From: a virus
Taxonomy: Duplodnaviria > Caudoviricetes
IMG/VR virus record: IMGVR_UViG_3300005077_000049
Coordinates: 1 to 38,155 of that record
Strand: one strand, 5' to 3'
Length of the DNA: 38,155 nucleotides
Shown: one piece after another, positions 1 through 9,810 of the stretch
Position numbering within the stretch: position 1 is the first letter of the stretch
Layout: each line of letters opens with the position of its first letter
Position numbers and translations under genes: made by a program
The notes under the pieces: model-generated
Databases searched by the model: none
The model's input: the letters and a program-made list of their open reading frames with translations, nothing else
Told to the model about the DNA's origin: nothing

Positions 1-99
1 AGAGGTATTAAAAGATGAGTAGCAAGCCAACCAAAATTCATTGGAGATGTACAAAGTGCAATATAGAAATCACAATGGAAACCGACTGTGATTTCAAGA
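1..99. repeat. 99-bp terminal direct repeat (circular contig overlap), left copy
   Basis: Identical to 38057-38155; the 37896-38078 ORF and the ORF at 15-152 read through it as a normal gene junction. Confidence 0.97.
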
Positions 100-152
100 T
101 TGCAAGATGTCCGTATTGCGATAAATCATTAAAGAAAATAATTATTTCTTAA
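15..152 (+). CDS. Small Zn-ribbon protein (45 aa, MSSKPTKIHWRCTKC...RCPYCDK), last gene of the rightward block
   Basis: Hand-translated; two CxxC pairs; GAGG SD; start overlaps the end of the previous ORF across the origin. Confidence 0.7.
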   Translation: MSSKPTKIHWRCTKCNIEITMETDCDFKIARCPYCDKSLKKIIIS

Positions 153-471
153 AACCCAAACCGAACCCTAACCCGAAACCCAGGACCAAGCCGACAGTCA
201 CACATACGCTCCCGATTATTATTTTGTTTTTAAATTCTGTTTTGTGACATTTGATTTTGATTGCGGATTGTAGATTCTCTTCAGCAAGTCTCAACTTATC
301 CCTGGACTCTATCAGCAATTGATATTGATAATTGTTTTCGTCAACCAGCTTATTATATGTGCCGACATCTACATATTTTTTCCCCTTGAAATTTACAACC
401 TCACTATAGCTTTCTTGCAGGCTTGTGAGTATTAAGATAATCGTCAATACGAGACTTAGTTTTTTTGACAT
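142..471 (-). CDS. Membrane protein with N-terminal signal/TM, coiled coil and C-terminal TM; possible spanin-like lysis accessory
   Basis: Hydrophobic N- and C-termini flank a charged helical middle; last late gene. Confidence 0.6.
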   Translation of the reverse strand: MSKKLSLVLTIILILTSLQESYSEVVNFKGKKYVDVGTYNKLVDENNYQYQLLIESRDKLRLAEENLQSAIKIKCHKTEFKNKIIIGSVCVTVGLVLGFGLGFGLGFKK

Positions 472-613
472 CTTTTGCCGCCTCCTTGAATTTTTCTTTT
501 TGCTCTTTTGTCAACAGGGGGTAGGTCAGCACATACCCAACAGCACAAATAACCAGAAAAGCCAGGACCAGAGCAAAAATGATCCACGCCAACACTTTTT
601 TAAATTTACGCAT
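404..613 (-). CDS. Single-TM membrane protein (likely start 613, MRKFKKV...); possible i-spanin-like
   Basis: AAGGAG SD before ATG 613; basic N-terminus, TM and helical tail; overlaps the next gene by 68 nt. Confidence 0.55.
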   Translation of the reverse strand: MRKFKKVLAWIIFALVLAFLVICAVGYVLTYPLLTKEQKEKFKEAAKDVKKTKSRIDDYLNTHKPARKL

Positions 614-1427
614 ATTGTCTCCTTTTAATCTCATTAAAAATCCTTCTTGCTTTTCTCCCTCCATCCGTCCGGAAACAGATTCCATGTAAAGCCAACCCTT
701 TTGTATCCTTGTATATCTCTCTCCAAGAGTCCTTGATTGTGCTGCCTTTCCGACAAAGTATATAGCTCTCGTCTCCCTTTTGTACGATTATTGGGGATTG
801 ATTAAATCTTTTTTCCCTGACACATGAGTCAATATACAATATATTTGTATCGGGATCATACGGATACACAAAAAGCCTCAAGCTAGAGGCGAAACCCCTG
901 GGTCTTTTATCTTCGTCTCTTGTTAAAACATCCATATGCTTATCGTGCAATTCGGAAAGACAGGTGATGAAATCTACCGTAGACCCGAATGTTATTTTTT
1001 GATAATAAGCTCTATCTTCATCCAAAACAATATCGAAATGCACGAATCCGATGAACTCTTCATTGAGAAGTTTCTCTTCAATTCTTTTAAAAATCTTTTT
1101 TGTTATATTAAGCTTTCCCGACCAACATGTAAGAATGTTATCGCTCAATTTTATTCCTTGCGCCCCTGACAACAAGTAATTATCCCTGGACGACAAAGTA
1201 AAATAGCTGAAACTTTCCCCATTCCAAAAAGCACTTGCAGTGATCTCTATCCCTTCTATGTGCCGGAGCGCAAAATTATGAGAAAGTATATCCCACTCAG
1301 GGGAAAAGAAAATCTCATCCTTATCCTCCAAGTTTCCCAGGAATAAAGTTTCAGGAACATCCATTCCTAATTCAAATGCGAGTGCAACATTATACTGGAC
1401 CTGACTGTTATAAAATTCTATGTTCAT
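606..1427 (-). CDS. Degenerate PurD/GARS-like ATP-grasp protein
   Basis: EGIEITASAFWNG, FIGFVHFDIVLDED and FRTDGG motifs resemble PurD G.E.S...F.DG, Y.G.L and YR.DIG. Confidence 0.55.
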   Translation of the reverse strand: MNIEFYNSQVQYNVALAFELGMDVPETLFLGNLEDKDEIFFSPEWDILSHNFALRHIEGIEITASAFWNGESFSYFTLSSRDNYLLSGAQGIKLSDNILTCWSGKLNITKKIFKRIEEKLLNEEFIGFVHFDIVLDEDRAYYQKITFGSTVDFITCLSELHDKHMDVLTRDEDKRPRGFASSLRLFVYPYDPDTNILYIDSCVREKRFNQSPIIVQKGDESYILCRKGSTIKDSWREIYKDTKGLALHGICFRTDGGRKARRIFNEIKRRQYA

Positions 1428-4400
1428 TTATCGAGGTATCCTATATTCTAAAATTTTGTCTAAAGTAGATTTAACCTCCTTGCCTGGAATTCTTTTTTGC
1501 CTATATAAGTTTTTATTCTTGACCCCAGAACGAGAGTCAACTTTTTGTTCCCTTGCTTTTTTTCTCTTTTGCCATCTTTTATATATTTCTTGTGTCCCTG
1601 GAACACCTGCAAATTTTCCTATTATATTCGCAAGAGCAGGAGCATTGCGATTTCCAGAGATTGCATCGGCGAGTTCCATGAAAGCTGTGAATGTTGCACC
1701 AGGGAGGGCCTTTCCTCCCCAATTGCCAGCTCTACCTCCTACAGGGGCAAACTCCAATAGCTCTCTGGATGAAGCCAATAATGCTTTTGCAAAATCAACC
1801 TGGTCTTCTTCTTTCATGGTTTGGATCTCATCTATAAACACAGCGATTGGAGCAGGATCAGGAGGGTTTGACCCGAACATTTGATACATGCTGTTAATCA
1901 TTCCACTCAAGACTATATATTTTGAAACTCTTTTTAATACTTCTTTTTTCGAAACATTGGGATTATCCTTGCCGAAAACTTCTCGCACCAACCAATTGAA
2001 GTGATTGATTCCATATGTCCCGAAAAGAGTTAATGCCTTGCCGCCAGGAGTATATTGAATAGGCGCAAGGTCAACCCTGGATGCCGAAGCTTGAGTCGAT
2101 CTCACGATGTCGTCGGCATAAATATTTAATCTTTTTCCAGAAAGTCCAAGCTTTTTCCCATGCGCCATTGCACTGTGCCAGGTTCCGATTGCCATCCATA
2201 AGTCGATATATTTAATTCCAAGAGTTCCGAACTCAGCGACGACATCCTTGAAGTGATTATATCTCCCTGTTATTCCAAGCCTTGCCTCATTCATGCTCAC
2301 GTCCATTATTCTCGACCGTATGGCTTTGCTTTCATTGTAAGCCTGCTGTATTTTTTTACGACTCTTCAAGGCAGTAAAACCATTTTTGAAAGTATTCACA
2401 ATCCCAGTTTGAACCATTGTATTTTTAATTGCGCTAAACTGGGATCCTATAACTTTTGTATTAAAAGATATAACAGCAACACCGACATTTCTATTCATTA
2501 TACTTAAAAATTTATCCACTGCAACAGGGAGACTTGACAAACGGACACCAGCCATATAGTCTGTCCATTGCTTGATATAGTCATAAGCATGTTTATTTCT
2601 TCCTTCCATGTTTGAAGCCTGTAACAAAAGCCTGGTTTTATTTATTAAAGGTGTCAGGTTTCTATATGTTACGGACTCATAAAGATACCTTTTTAGTATC
2701 TGTTTTGCGTCAAGCTCAACAGGTCTTTTGTTTACATGGAGTCTTTCTTTCCCGAAAGTGAATGGACTTTTTCTCGGTTCGATCTTGACTCCTTCCAACA
2801 TGTTTTCAGTTATAGCCGATGCCTTTACTCCAAACATTTCGGCCAGGGTAAACTGTCTCATCAGGGTTGCATATCCATCTCTTTTTTGAGTTCTTTTTAA
2901 TCCGCAGGCATCTTCCATCTTGTTCACAAGGTCAATTTCTCGATTGTAAATATCCAATAATTGTTGAGCAACTTTCGCCTGTTTAGGAGACAACTCAACT
3001 TGTTTTGATTCTCCCATGTATTTTAATGTTTCCTGTCCGTCTTTATCTCTCCATAGTAGCCATTTTTGAATCTGTGTTCTATCGTGATATTTTAGCCCAT
3101 GGAAAAGATCATCAGCCGCTTTATGTTTTCTTTTCACTTCAATAAAGGAATTATATTCAACCTGGTTAGCAGGATCGACTAAAACTCTTTTGACTCCTTC
3201 ATTTGTATCGATTCTAATTTTTCTTGAAAAGTTTTGGGTCTTATAATCTAATATCCCCTTTTCCCATTTTTTCTCTGCCAGTTTGTTAAAAGCATTTAAC
3301 TCTGCCTCGAATATAGGAATATGCTGTTTCTCCTTTACCTGGACCTTTTTAAAAGGGTCTCCATACTCAAGGCCATTAAGCTCTGCATTGCCCTTAAAGA
3401 ACATCCTAATAGCTTCATCTGTTCCACTCTGATTGTGCTTTCTCTGGTCTGCCATTGCCTCCATATAAAGGCGAGCGGAAACACTTTCAGCAGCCATTTT
3501 TATATTTAAATCAGTAGACTGTTTGGGTGTAGGTTTTACTCCAAGTAATAATGCCTCATCAGTGATAGGCTTGTTTGTAGAAAAGTTCTGCACAACGTCC
3601 AGCACTTCTCCTTTAGCGTTCAATTGTCCAGCAATGTCAGCTTTTATTCTCTGGTAATCTTCATTGTATTTCTTTTCCAGCTCATTGAAAACTCTTCTAT
3701 GCACTTCCTGTCTGTATTTTTCTGCACCTTTTATTTTAGCATACGCAGGATTGTTGGTTATATCTACTTCCAGACTGGAAGGGTCTTTCCATATTTTTTT
3801 GGCATCTCCATGTCTTTCTATCTCAGAAAGAAGAACCTTCGTCGCCTGGTCAATATTTTCATTTCTTGCGAATTTTTCAGGAGACTCTATTCGTCTTAAA
3901 ATGTTCCTGTCCCTGGGAGAAAGTTTTCTTATGATTTCCTTTTCGCTGGACCTTTTTGTCCGCACATCATATAAAGGAGTAAAGGACTCCGGCTTGTTTT
4001 CAATTTCCCTATATCCCACTTTTTTCTCAGGCTCTACAGTCGCAACTTTCTGTTCTACTGGTTTTTCCTCAGCCACTCTCAGCCTCATCTGTCTTTCTCT
4101 TAAATATTCAGCAGGCTTTCCAATTAATTTGTTACCTGCTTTCATTCCCAATAAAACGCCACCTGTTTCTGCAATCCCCTCTAAAGTTACAGGCTCATCG
4201 TGCAATACACTTCTTGCTCCCGTAACTGCACCAATTTCTCCGGCAAGAGTAATTGGCTCCTGTATATATTTGCTGGGATTAAGATTGCCGATTGTTTTTT
4301 GAATATTGCTATATTCGGCATATCCTTTATCCATCAGCCCTGCTTTTCTTAATCTATTATAGGACTTCACAGACGCAATTTTTTTCCCCATAGAATACGT

Positions 4401-5300
4401 GAGTTTTCCTGCACCATGAAAAGCAAGCCCCTCAGCTTCACCTTTTAATGTTTCACTCAGCGCATATTTTACGTTTTCTCCAAAATTTTCTAAGATGTCA
4501 TCGGGTAATGGCTTGCCCTCTAAAAAATCTTTTACTTCATAATCAGGAAGAAGACCTCTCTGTTTCAATTCCAGCACCGCTCTTAATCCGGCAGGCAATC
4601 CGAATGCCCCACCAGGACCGCCGAGAGCACCGCCGGCAAGGTAGTAAGGAGTATCCAGTATTCCAGCAGTTGCACCATATGCTATCTTTTCATCAAGACT
4701 TTCAGGTTGATACTGCCCCCAAATTTTTTCAACTTCAGTCGTTTCCTTCGGGGTCTCTCTATATGTATCTAAAAACATAGCAGTCAAGGTCCCACCAGGA
4801 CCATGTTTCATTGCGCTCAAAGCCCCTCTTCTTTTGTCTTTTGACTTCAAAAGTTCATCAAGTGCCTGGTCGGTCGTCTTCCCTTCCTCTTTTGCTTTCT
4901 TAAAAAAATTCTCAACAGCAATTCGACTATGAATCCCTTCGACTATTTCATTCACAACATCAGGATTTTTCATGTCTTCTTCAGTGTATCTCATTGGTTC
5001 ATCGATAAAGTTTCTTAAATGAGACTCCCTCATCACATTTGGATCAAGCGGCTCTTTTTTCTGTTTCGCTTTTAGCACTTCCTGGTAGTTCTCAATCTTG
5101 TGCTTTTCTGAAACATTTTTTTCCCGTTCGATATTGTCGGCATGGTCATTAAACTCCTTCCATAACTCGGCAGGACTTTCATCTTCGATTTGAGGAACGA
5201 CAAATTTGACGAAATATTCCTTCCGAATCTCTTTCCATTCATCAGGAGAAAAATGTTGATTTTCGGGATCGTTATAAACTTCAACCCATTTTCTTGCCAT
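1428..5300 (-). CDS. Large internal virion/DNA ejection protein (1290 aa)
   Basis: Size, Gly/Ala-rich membrane-like segments and position after the nozzle and small ejection genes, as in podoviruses. Confidence 0.65.
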   Translation of the reverse strand: MARKWVEVYNDPENQHFSPDEWKEIRKEYFVKFVVPQIEDESPAELWKEFNDHADNIEREKNVSEKHKIENYQEVLKAKQKKEPLDPNVMRESHLRNFIDEPMRYTEEDMKNPDVVNEIVEGIHSRIAVENFFKKAKEEGKTTDQALDELLKSKDKRRGALSAMKHGPGGTLTAMFLDTYRETPKETTEVEKIWGQYQPESLDEKIAYGATAGILDTPYYLAGGALGGPGGAFGLPAGLRAVLELKQRGLLPDYEVKDFLEGKPLPDDILENFGENVKYALSETLKGEAEGLAFHGAGKLTYSMGKKIASVKSYNRLRKAGLMDKGYAEYSNIQKTIGNLNPSKYIQEPITLAGEIGAVTGARSVLHDEPVTLEGIAETGGVLLGMKAGNKLIGKPAEYLRERQMRLRVAEEKPVEQKVATVEPEKKVGYREIENKPESFTPLYDVRTKRSSEKEIIRKLSPRDRNILRRIESPEKFARNENIDQATKVLLSEIERHGDAKKIWKDPSSLEVDITNNPAYAKIKGAEKYRQEVHRRVFNELEKKYNEDYQRIKADIAGQLNAKGEVLDVVQNFSTNKPITDEALLLGVKPTPKQSTDLNIKMAAESVSARLYMEAMADQRKHNQSGTDEAIRMFFKGNAELNGLEYGDPFKKVQVKEKQHIPIFEAELNAFNKLAEKKWEKGILDYKTQNFSRKIRIDTNEGVKRVLVDPANQVEYNSFIEVKRKHKAADDLFHGLKYHDRTQIQKWLLWRDKDGQETLKYMGESKQVELSPKQAKVAQQLLDIYNREIDLVNKMEDACGLKRTQKRDGYATLMRQFTLAEMFGVKASAITENMLEGVKIEPRKSPFTFGKERLHVNKRPVELDAKQILKRYLYESVTYRNLTPLINKTRLLLQASNMEGRNKHAYDYIKQWTDYMAGVRLSSLPVAVDKFLSIMNRNVGVAVISFNTKVIGSQFSAIKNTMVQTGIVNTFKNGFTALKSRKKIQQAYNESKAIRSRIMDVSMNEARLGITGRYNHFKDVVAEFGTLGIKYIDLWMAIGTWHSAMAHGKKLGLSGKRLNIYADDIVRSTQASASRVDLAPIQYTPGGKALTLFGTYGINHFNWLVREVFGKDNPNVSKKEVLKRVSKYIVLSGMINSMYQMFGSNPPDPAPIAVFIDEIQTMKEEDQVDFAKALLASSRELLEFAPVGGRAGNWGGKALPGATFTAFMELADAISGNRNAPALANIIGKFAGVPGTQEIYKRWQKRKKAREQKVDSRSGVKNKNLYRQKRIPGKEVKSTLDKILEYRIPR

Positions 5301-6184
5301 TAGAATTTAACCTTGCGTTTTTTCTGATATTTTGTTTTTTTATTGTCAAACTCTGCATTGAAAACCCTGTCTTTGAGCAAAAAAGAATCCGGCTCTGATC
5401 TCTGGTCAAAGTATTCAATTCCTTTAGCCTCTTTCATCAGGTCATCATATTGCTTTTGTAACTTTGATTTATCCTTAAATGGATTTAAATAATCGAGAAA
5501 GTCATAATTTTTTATTTCCCCTGCAAGTTCTTTTGCCTCAAGGAGTTTATCTGCATTTAAAGTTTCAAAATGTTTCGCCCTGGATGCAGGAACAAAATCT
5601 GTGTCTCTGTTATATTTTATTCCATATCTTTTTAATGCACTCTCCCGACCTTCAGTTGTAGACAATTCCCCTTTAGATGCCTGAATAAGTTTCCCACCAT
5701 AATAATAATCTTCCAGTTTCTCCGGTCTTCCTTTTTGTCCAGAAAACATTAAGTAATCTCGGACATTAATATTTCTGTCACTCCCTGTATTTTTGAAATA
5801 TCTGTCAGCTTTTGCCAGGGAGTTCTGATATTCTCGAACAATCCTTGCCCTTTGACTATTTGTTCTTGCGCCTTTCAATGCGTCCTCAAATCCGACTTCA
5901 AGCTGCCTGTAAACATCCGGACCATTCATGTTTTTCATGTCGGCAACCAGTAAATTGGTTTTATTCGCAAAAGGATTTTTAAGATTGTTTCCTCTTTTCT
6001 CGTTGTCGAAAAGTCTTTTCAGTCCACCAGGCCCCTCTAATATCCTTCTCGCCTCTTCAATTTCTTGAGTATCATCGGCCTGGTATGCGGCCTGTAACGA
6101 CATCTGAGCCTGGTTCGCCCGATCCCTTCTCAACTGCTCAACTTCTCGACCTCCCTCTAAAAAAGCCCTTTCACTGAACCTCAT
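5300..6184 (-). CDS. Putative internal virion/ejection protein
   Basis: Helical; translationally coupled between two ejection-like genes. Confidence 0.55.
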   Translation of the reverse strand: MRFSERAFLEGGREVEQLRRDRANQAQMSLQAAYQADDTQEIEEARRILEGPGGLKRLFDNEKRGNNLKNPFANKTNLLVADMKNMNGPDVYRQLEVGFEDALKGARTNSQRARIVREYQNSLAKADRYFKNTGSDRNINVRDYLMFSGQKGRPEKLEDYYYGGKLIQASKGELSTTEGRESALKRYGIKYNRDTDFVPASRAKHFETLNADKLLEAKELAGEIKNYDFLDYLNPFKDKSKLQKQYDDLMKEAKGIEYFDQRSEPDSFLLKDRVFNAEFDNKKTKYQKKRKVKF

Positions 6185-6738
6185 TACATTATACCCCCTG
6201 TGAAATAACTCATAACCCCACCAGCAGCCTTAGACGCCATCGATCCCAAAAGTCCCTGCTCTCCCTGAACATACTGCATCGCATTACGATTAAGACCAGT
6301 GCTATATAAACCTTGCATTTGGGACAAAGCACTTTGCTGTCTCTGGAAAGCATTTTCTAACGCCCCCATTTTCATTTGTCTTTCCTGCATCATTTGATTG
6401 TATCGTAAACTGGCAATCTGATCTGAATACTGCTGTCGGACGTTTTGTTCTTGTTTTTTGTTCCATGAAGAATGTCTCTCATTGCTATGCTGTAGTCCAG
6501 AAATATCCTGTTTCATCCTCCGAGTCATTGGATCAACGATACCTGCCCTGAATTCGCTCTCCCAATCGCCCAGATCAGAATATGCAGAACGAGGGTCTAA
6601 AGCCAGTCCTGCCAAAACATGACTGGTCCGAGGCATATATTGTTGAGCCTGGTCCAGGTACATGTTTAAGAGACCTTGTTGACCACCTGTTAAGCTGCTC
6701 TGGAAACCACTATTTGAACCTGTCATAAAATTACTCAT
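6184..6738 (-). CDS. Putative DNA transfer/pilot protein (P22 gp7-like position)
   Basis: Q/S/G/M-rich with a C-terminal Gly-rich amphipathic end. Confidence 0.6.
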   Translation of the reverse strand: MSNFMTGSNSGFQSSLTGGQQGLLNMYLDQAQQYMPRTSHVLAGLALDPRSAYSDLGDWESEFRAGIVDPMTRRMKQDISGLQHSNERHSSWNKKQEQNVRQQYSDQIASLRYNQMMQERQMKMGALENAFQRQQSALSQMQGLYSTGLNRNAMQYVQGEQGLLGSMASKAAGGVMSYFTGGIM

Positions 6739-6747
6739 AATCTCTCC

Positions 6748-8559
6748 TTATCTTTCGACGCCGGCATCATTATAACCGACCATCAAAGATTCTATTGTAA
6801 TTGGTATTATCTTGCTCCCTGTCTCGCCATTCGACAGTTGAAACCGGACCTGTTTCCCTTTCTCTAAAAAGCCAGCGACTTTTTCATGGTAATCCACGCT
6901 GCCATTGACAGAAAGAGAAACCCACTCTGACCAGTTTTCCCCGAAATCAGTACTCGCTCTCACTCTCATGTTTCCTGCACCATTGTCAGCCAAGCCCAAC
7001 ACCAGCTCATTCAGTCGAAAAGTATGTTTTGGATCATTAAGCGGATAATCTTTTGTTGTAATATAAAAATCAATTTCTGTCCCGTTATCATCTAAATGCC
7101 TGGAATGGAATTCATAAACGTTTCCGTCTTTATCTCCAAGCAAAAAAGATTGATTGTTGTCGTAAACAATCAAATCGCACCACCTCATAAAAGAGTCAGT
7201 CCAGGAAGGGCCACTCCCTCCATCATATATCTCTGTCCAGGTTTCGGCAGTCTCTTTTTCAAAAACTCCAAAACAAGTTACCTCCGAATCCAATTCCCAT
7301 ATAGTCCAGTGATTTTCTCTGTGATTATAAACATAAGCTTTATTGCAATATTCGGACTCGTTCGTTGGGACAAACAAGCAATATAAAGATTTATCTCTGA
7401 TAGGAAAAGCGAAAGCCCTGTGCATATACACTTTGCTTATTTCCTCTAACATCGACTTGATAACCTCCGAACCTATAGGAATGATGTTTGATCCATCAAA
7501 TTTATAGATATTGTCCGTCCCTGCAAAAATATGAAACATCCCAAAATCCACGACTGTTCGGATACTATATGTACCAATATCCCTAATTTTATTTTGATTG
7601 AAGTCTAAAGGATCAAGGTTCCCTCCGGAAGGATTCGGCCATGCTTCAGTAATCGACCGCTCCTTGTAAACAATCAATCTTGTCTGCAAAGACAAAATGC
7701 CTTTTATCTGATCGTTTGTATCCAGCAAATCATAATATGTTCCTCCCCATGTTTCTGTTTCTCCGGCATCACTCAATTCGATCGTTTGGGGAAGATTATT
7801 GCTCCCATCGTTTGTCCACCCCAAAATGAGATGTTCATACCCAACACTCCCGAAATAGCCTATATATTTAGCTTTATTTGGTGAACCCCCCAAGTCTTCC
7901 ATGTAGCCAGTCCCGTCCCATTTCTGAATAGGATCAACCCCATTAGTGACGACGATAATGTTGTCACTGGCTGCATCGTCATACGGAATTGCAATGGAAT
8001 GAATATCGTCGTCATCCCCAGACCAGCACAACCGAATAACATAATTAACGTCTCCACCTGTATTCGGACCATTCCCTGTCAACTCCAAATGAGTTGCATC
8101 CGTCCATGTACTAACAGTATACCATGTGTCCGGAGTGCCAGTAGCATTCGGGTCTTGTGTTCCAAATTTAATTTCACAGACTCCTGCCGGCCAATTAGAC
8201 GAGTCAAAACTTGTCCCATTTCCTGTAACAGTAGTTCCGGCTGAACATGCAACCTGTCCGGCTATATATATTTTTGTTATAAAAACATATTCACCTGTTT
8301 CTGCATTGTATTTATAGCTGTCTCTTGTTGTAAAAACAAGAATAGTTTTAGTCCCTGTAATTAGCTGCTCGAACTGCTTTATTGCAGTAATCCCTCCATT
8401 TAAAGGGACACTCCCAAATGAAGCATAACCCCACCGATTAAGGATCTGCCCTTTTTCAAAAAGAGCATTCAATCCATCACTGGCCTTGTCATCAGGAATC
8501 ATTCGAGGATGAAAATCTTTAACCAGGCCATAAATTTGCGGCAAGTATTTATGTTTCAT
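6748..8559 (-). CDS. Tail nozzle/stabilisation protein (P22 gp10/T7 gp12-like)
   Basis: 603 aa, beta-rich; C-terminal VRASTDFGENWSEW...GKQVRFQ motif typical of this class. Confidence 0.7.
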   Translation of the reverse strand: MKHKYLPQIYGLVKDFHPRMIPDDKASDGLNALFEKGQILNRWGYASFGSVPLNGGITAIKQFEQLITGTKTILVFTTRDSYKYNAETGEYVFITKIYIAGQVACSAGTTVTGNGTSFDSSNWPAGVCEIKFGTQDPNATGTPDTWYTVSTWTDATHLELTGNGPNTGGDVNYVIRLCWSGDDDDIHSIAIPYDDAASDNIIVVTNGVDPIQKWDGTGYMEDLGGSPNKAKYIGYFGSVGYEHLILGWTNDGSNNLPQTIELSDAGETETWGGTYYDLLDTNDQIKGILSLQTRLIVYKERSITEAWPNPSGGNLDPLDFNQNKIRDIGTYSIRTVVDFGMFHIFAGTDNIYKFDGSNIIPIGSEVIKSMLEEISKVYMHRAFAFPIRDKSLYCLFVPTNESEYCNKAYVYNHRENHWTIWELDSEVTCFGVFEKETAETWTEIYDGGSGPSWTDSFMRWCDLIVYDNNQSFLLGDKDGNVYEFHSRHLDDNGTEIDFYITTKDYPLNDPKHTFRLNELVLGLADNGAGNMRVRASTDFGENWSEWVSLSVNGSVDYHEKVAGFLEKGKQVRFQLSNGETGSKIIPITIESLMVGYNDAGVER

Positions 8560-9120
8560 TTAATACTCCGAAACCTGTATTTCGTCAAACCAGACAATAT
8601 CTCCTGAATTATCTGATCCAACATTTACAACGACATTCGTTCCGCTTGAATCGGTTTTAAAAAGGGCCTCCACTCTTTCCCAAAGAACAGAAGTGACCTC
8701 TTTCAAAATATTTGTATCTGCTCCCGTAGTCCATATTTTTGCGGTATCATCAGAAGTAGCCCTGGCATAACAGACCAACATGTACAACTGATCCGACTTT
8801 AAATTTTTTAAAGTTTGACAACACCCTTCATTTCCTGATCCGTCACTGGTAATTTTAAGAGTGTAATCGTCATTCGCCACAGCAGTCGGAGTTCCTATTT
8901 TCGACCAGGCATCAGGGGCCGCCCCTGCCCCTCCTGTCCATGTAGAAAAAGAACCGTTTTTTATCAGTTCCCTTTTATATCGTAAAAGTTCCAAATCACT
9001 TCTTGTGTTTCTGCAAAAAGTCTCGAACTTATCTCTCAATAGTTCATCATATCGCTTTCTTTCTTCTATATTCTCAGGAATAAGTGGCAACCTATCGTCT
9101 TTTATTGTTCTAAATTTCAT
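8560..9120 (-). CDS. Tail-associated protein with CBM4/9-like carbohydrate-binding domain
   Basis: LIKNGSF...W...QTL..LK....Y...VWFDEIQV pattern. Confidence 0.6.
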   Translation of the reverse strand: MKFRTIKDDRLPLIPENIEERKRYDELLRDKFETFCRNTRSDLELLRYKRELIKNGSFSTWTGGAGAAPDAWSKIGTPTAVANDDYTLKITSDGSGNEGCCQTLKNLKSDQLYMLVCYARATSDDTAKIWTTGADTNILKEVTSVLWERVEALFKTDSSGTNVVVNVGSDNSGDIVWFDEIQVSEY

Positions 9121-9810
9121 CTACACTAACCTCATAAAAAAAGCATCAGCCCCACTAATCGCTTTATCTGTATAAATTTCAACATAGTCTCCTGTTTCTA
9201 GCTCGATCAAGCAAGCACATTGATTGGCATAAGCAAAAGATTTATAAACAACACCATTCAAATAAACCTTGAGTCCATATGTTTGACTGCTGCCAGAAGA
9301 AGATTGGCCTACAGTGGCATCAGAGATATTCACAATAACCAAATACACTCCATCCTTCCCAGGCTTGTACTGGAAATCCTCAGTGTCGAATCTTGATTTA
9401 GCATCAGAGTCAACAGTATCGAACTCGATAAAACCAGCACTGCAAGCACCTATAGAACAAATAGTGTAATCTTTCTCCAAACTATCCCTGTTCAGTTTCC
9501 CGTCTTTAGTCACCTGTATATCTGAATCTATATTTTTGTAATGCAACTCTGCAATTGTATCATCCTTCACATAGACGATTCCAGTATCCGCAATGGCACT
9601 AGGAGCAACTGACTTTTTCTCCATTGTCACTTGTTTGTGATGACCGTCTGCATCAGTTTCACTGGTGTCATTTTCGTTGTCCCAGTAATGGTCCAACTGC
9701 ATTCTTTCCTCAACATCTTCCTTGAGTTCTCTCAATTCCTGCGCACCAAGTCCTGCTTTCCCTGAATTAGCCGGATCAGTTTTATCGAACGATCTTGTAT
9801 GTGCCATCAC
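9121..9810 (-). CDS. Tail fibre/receptor-binding paralogue C, C1q-like C-terminus
   Basis: Shared N-terminal HTR..P..GAQ..R..KE..ERM..H.W..DADG.HK; IEFD...YKPGKDGVYLV...YLNG...LETGDYVEI. Confidence 0.65.
   Translation of the reverse strand: MMAHTRSFDKTDPANSGKAGLGAQELRELKEDVEERMQLDHYWDNENDTSETDADGHHKQVTMEKKSVAPSAIADTGIVYVKDDTIAELHYKNIDSDIQVTKDGKLNRDSLEKDYTICSIGACSAGFIEFDTVDSDAKSRFDTEDFQYKPGKDGVYLVIVNISDATVGQSSSGSSQTYGLKVYLNGVVYKSFAYANQCACLIELETGDYVEIYTDKAISGADAFFMRLV

Noticed and set aside
1-99. Biological direct terminal repeat
   Set aside because: Exactly 99 bp (a common assembler k-mer size) and cuts through coding sequence; better explained as circular-assembly overlap
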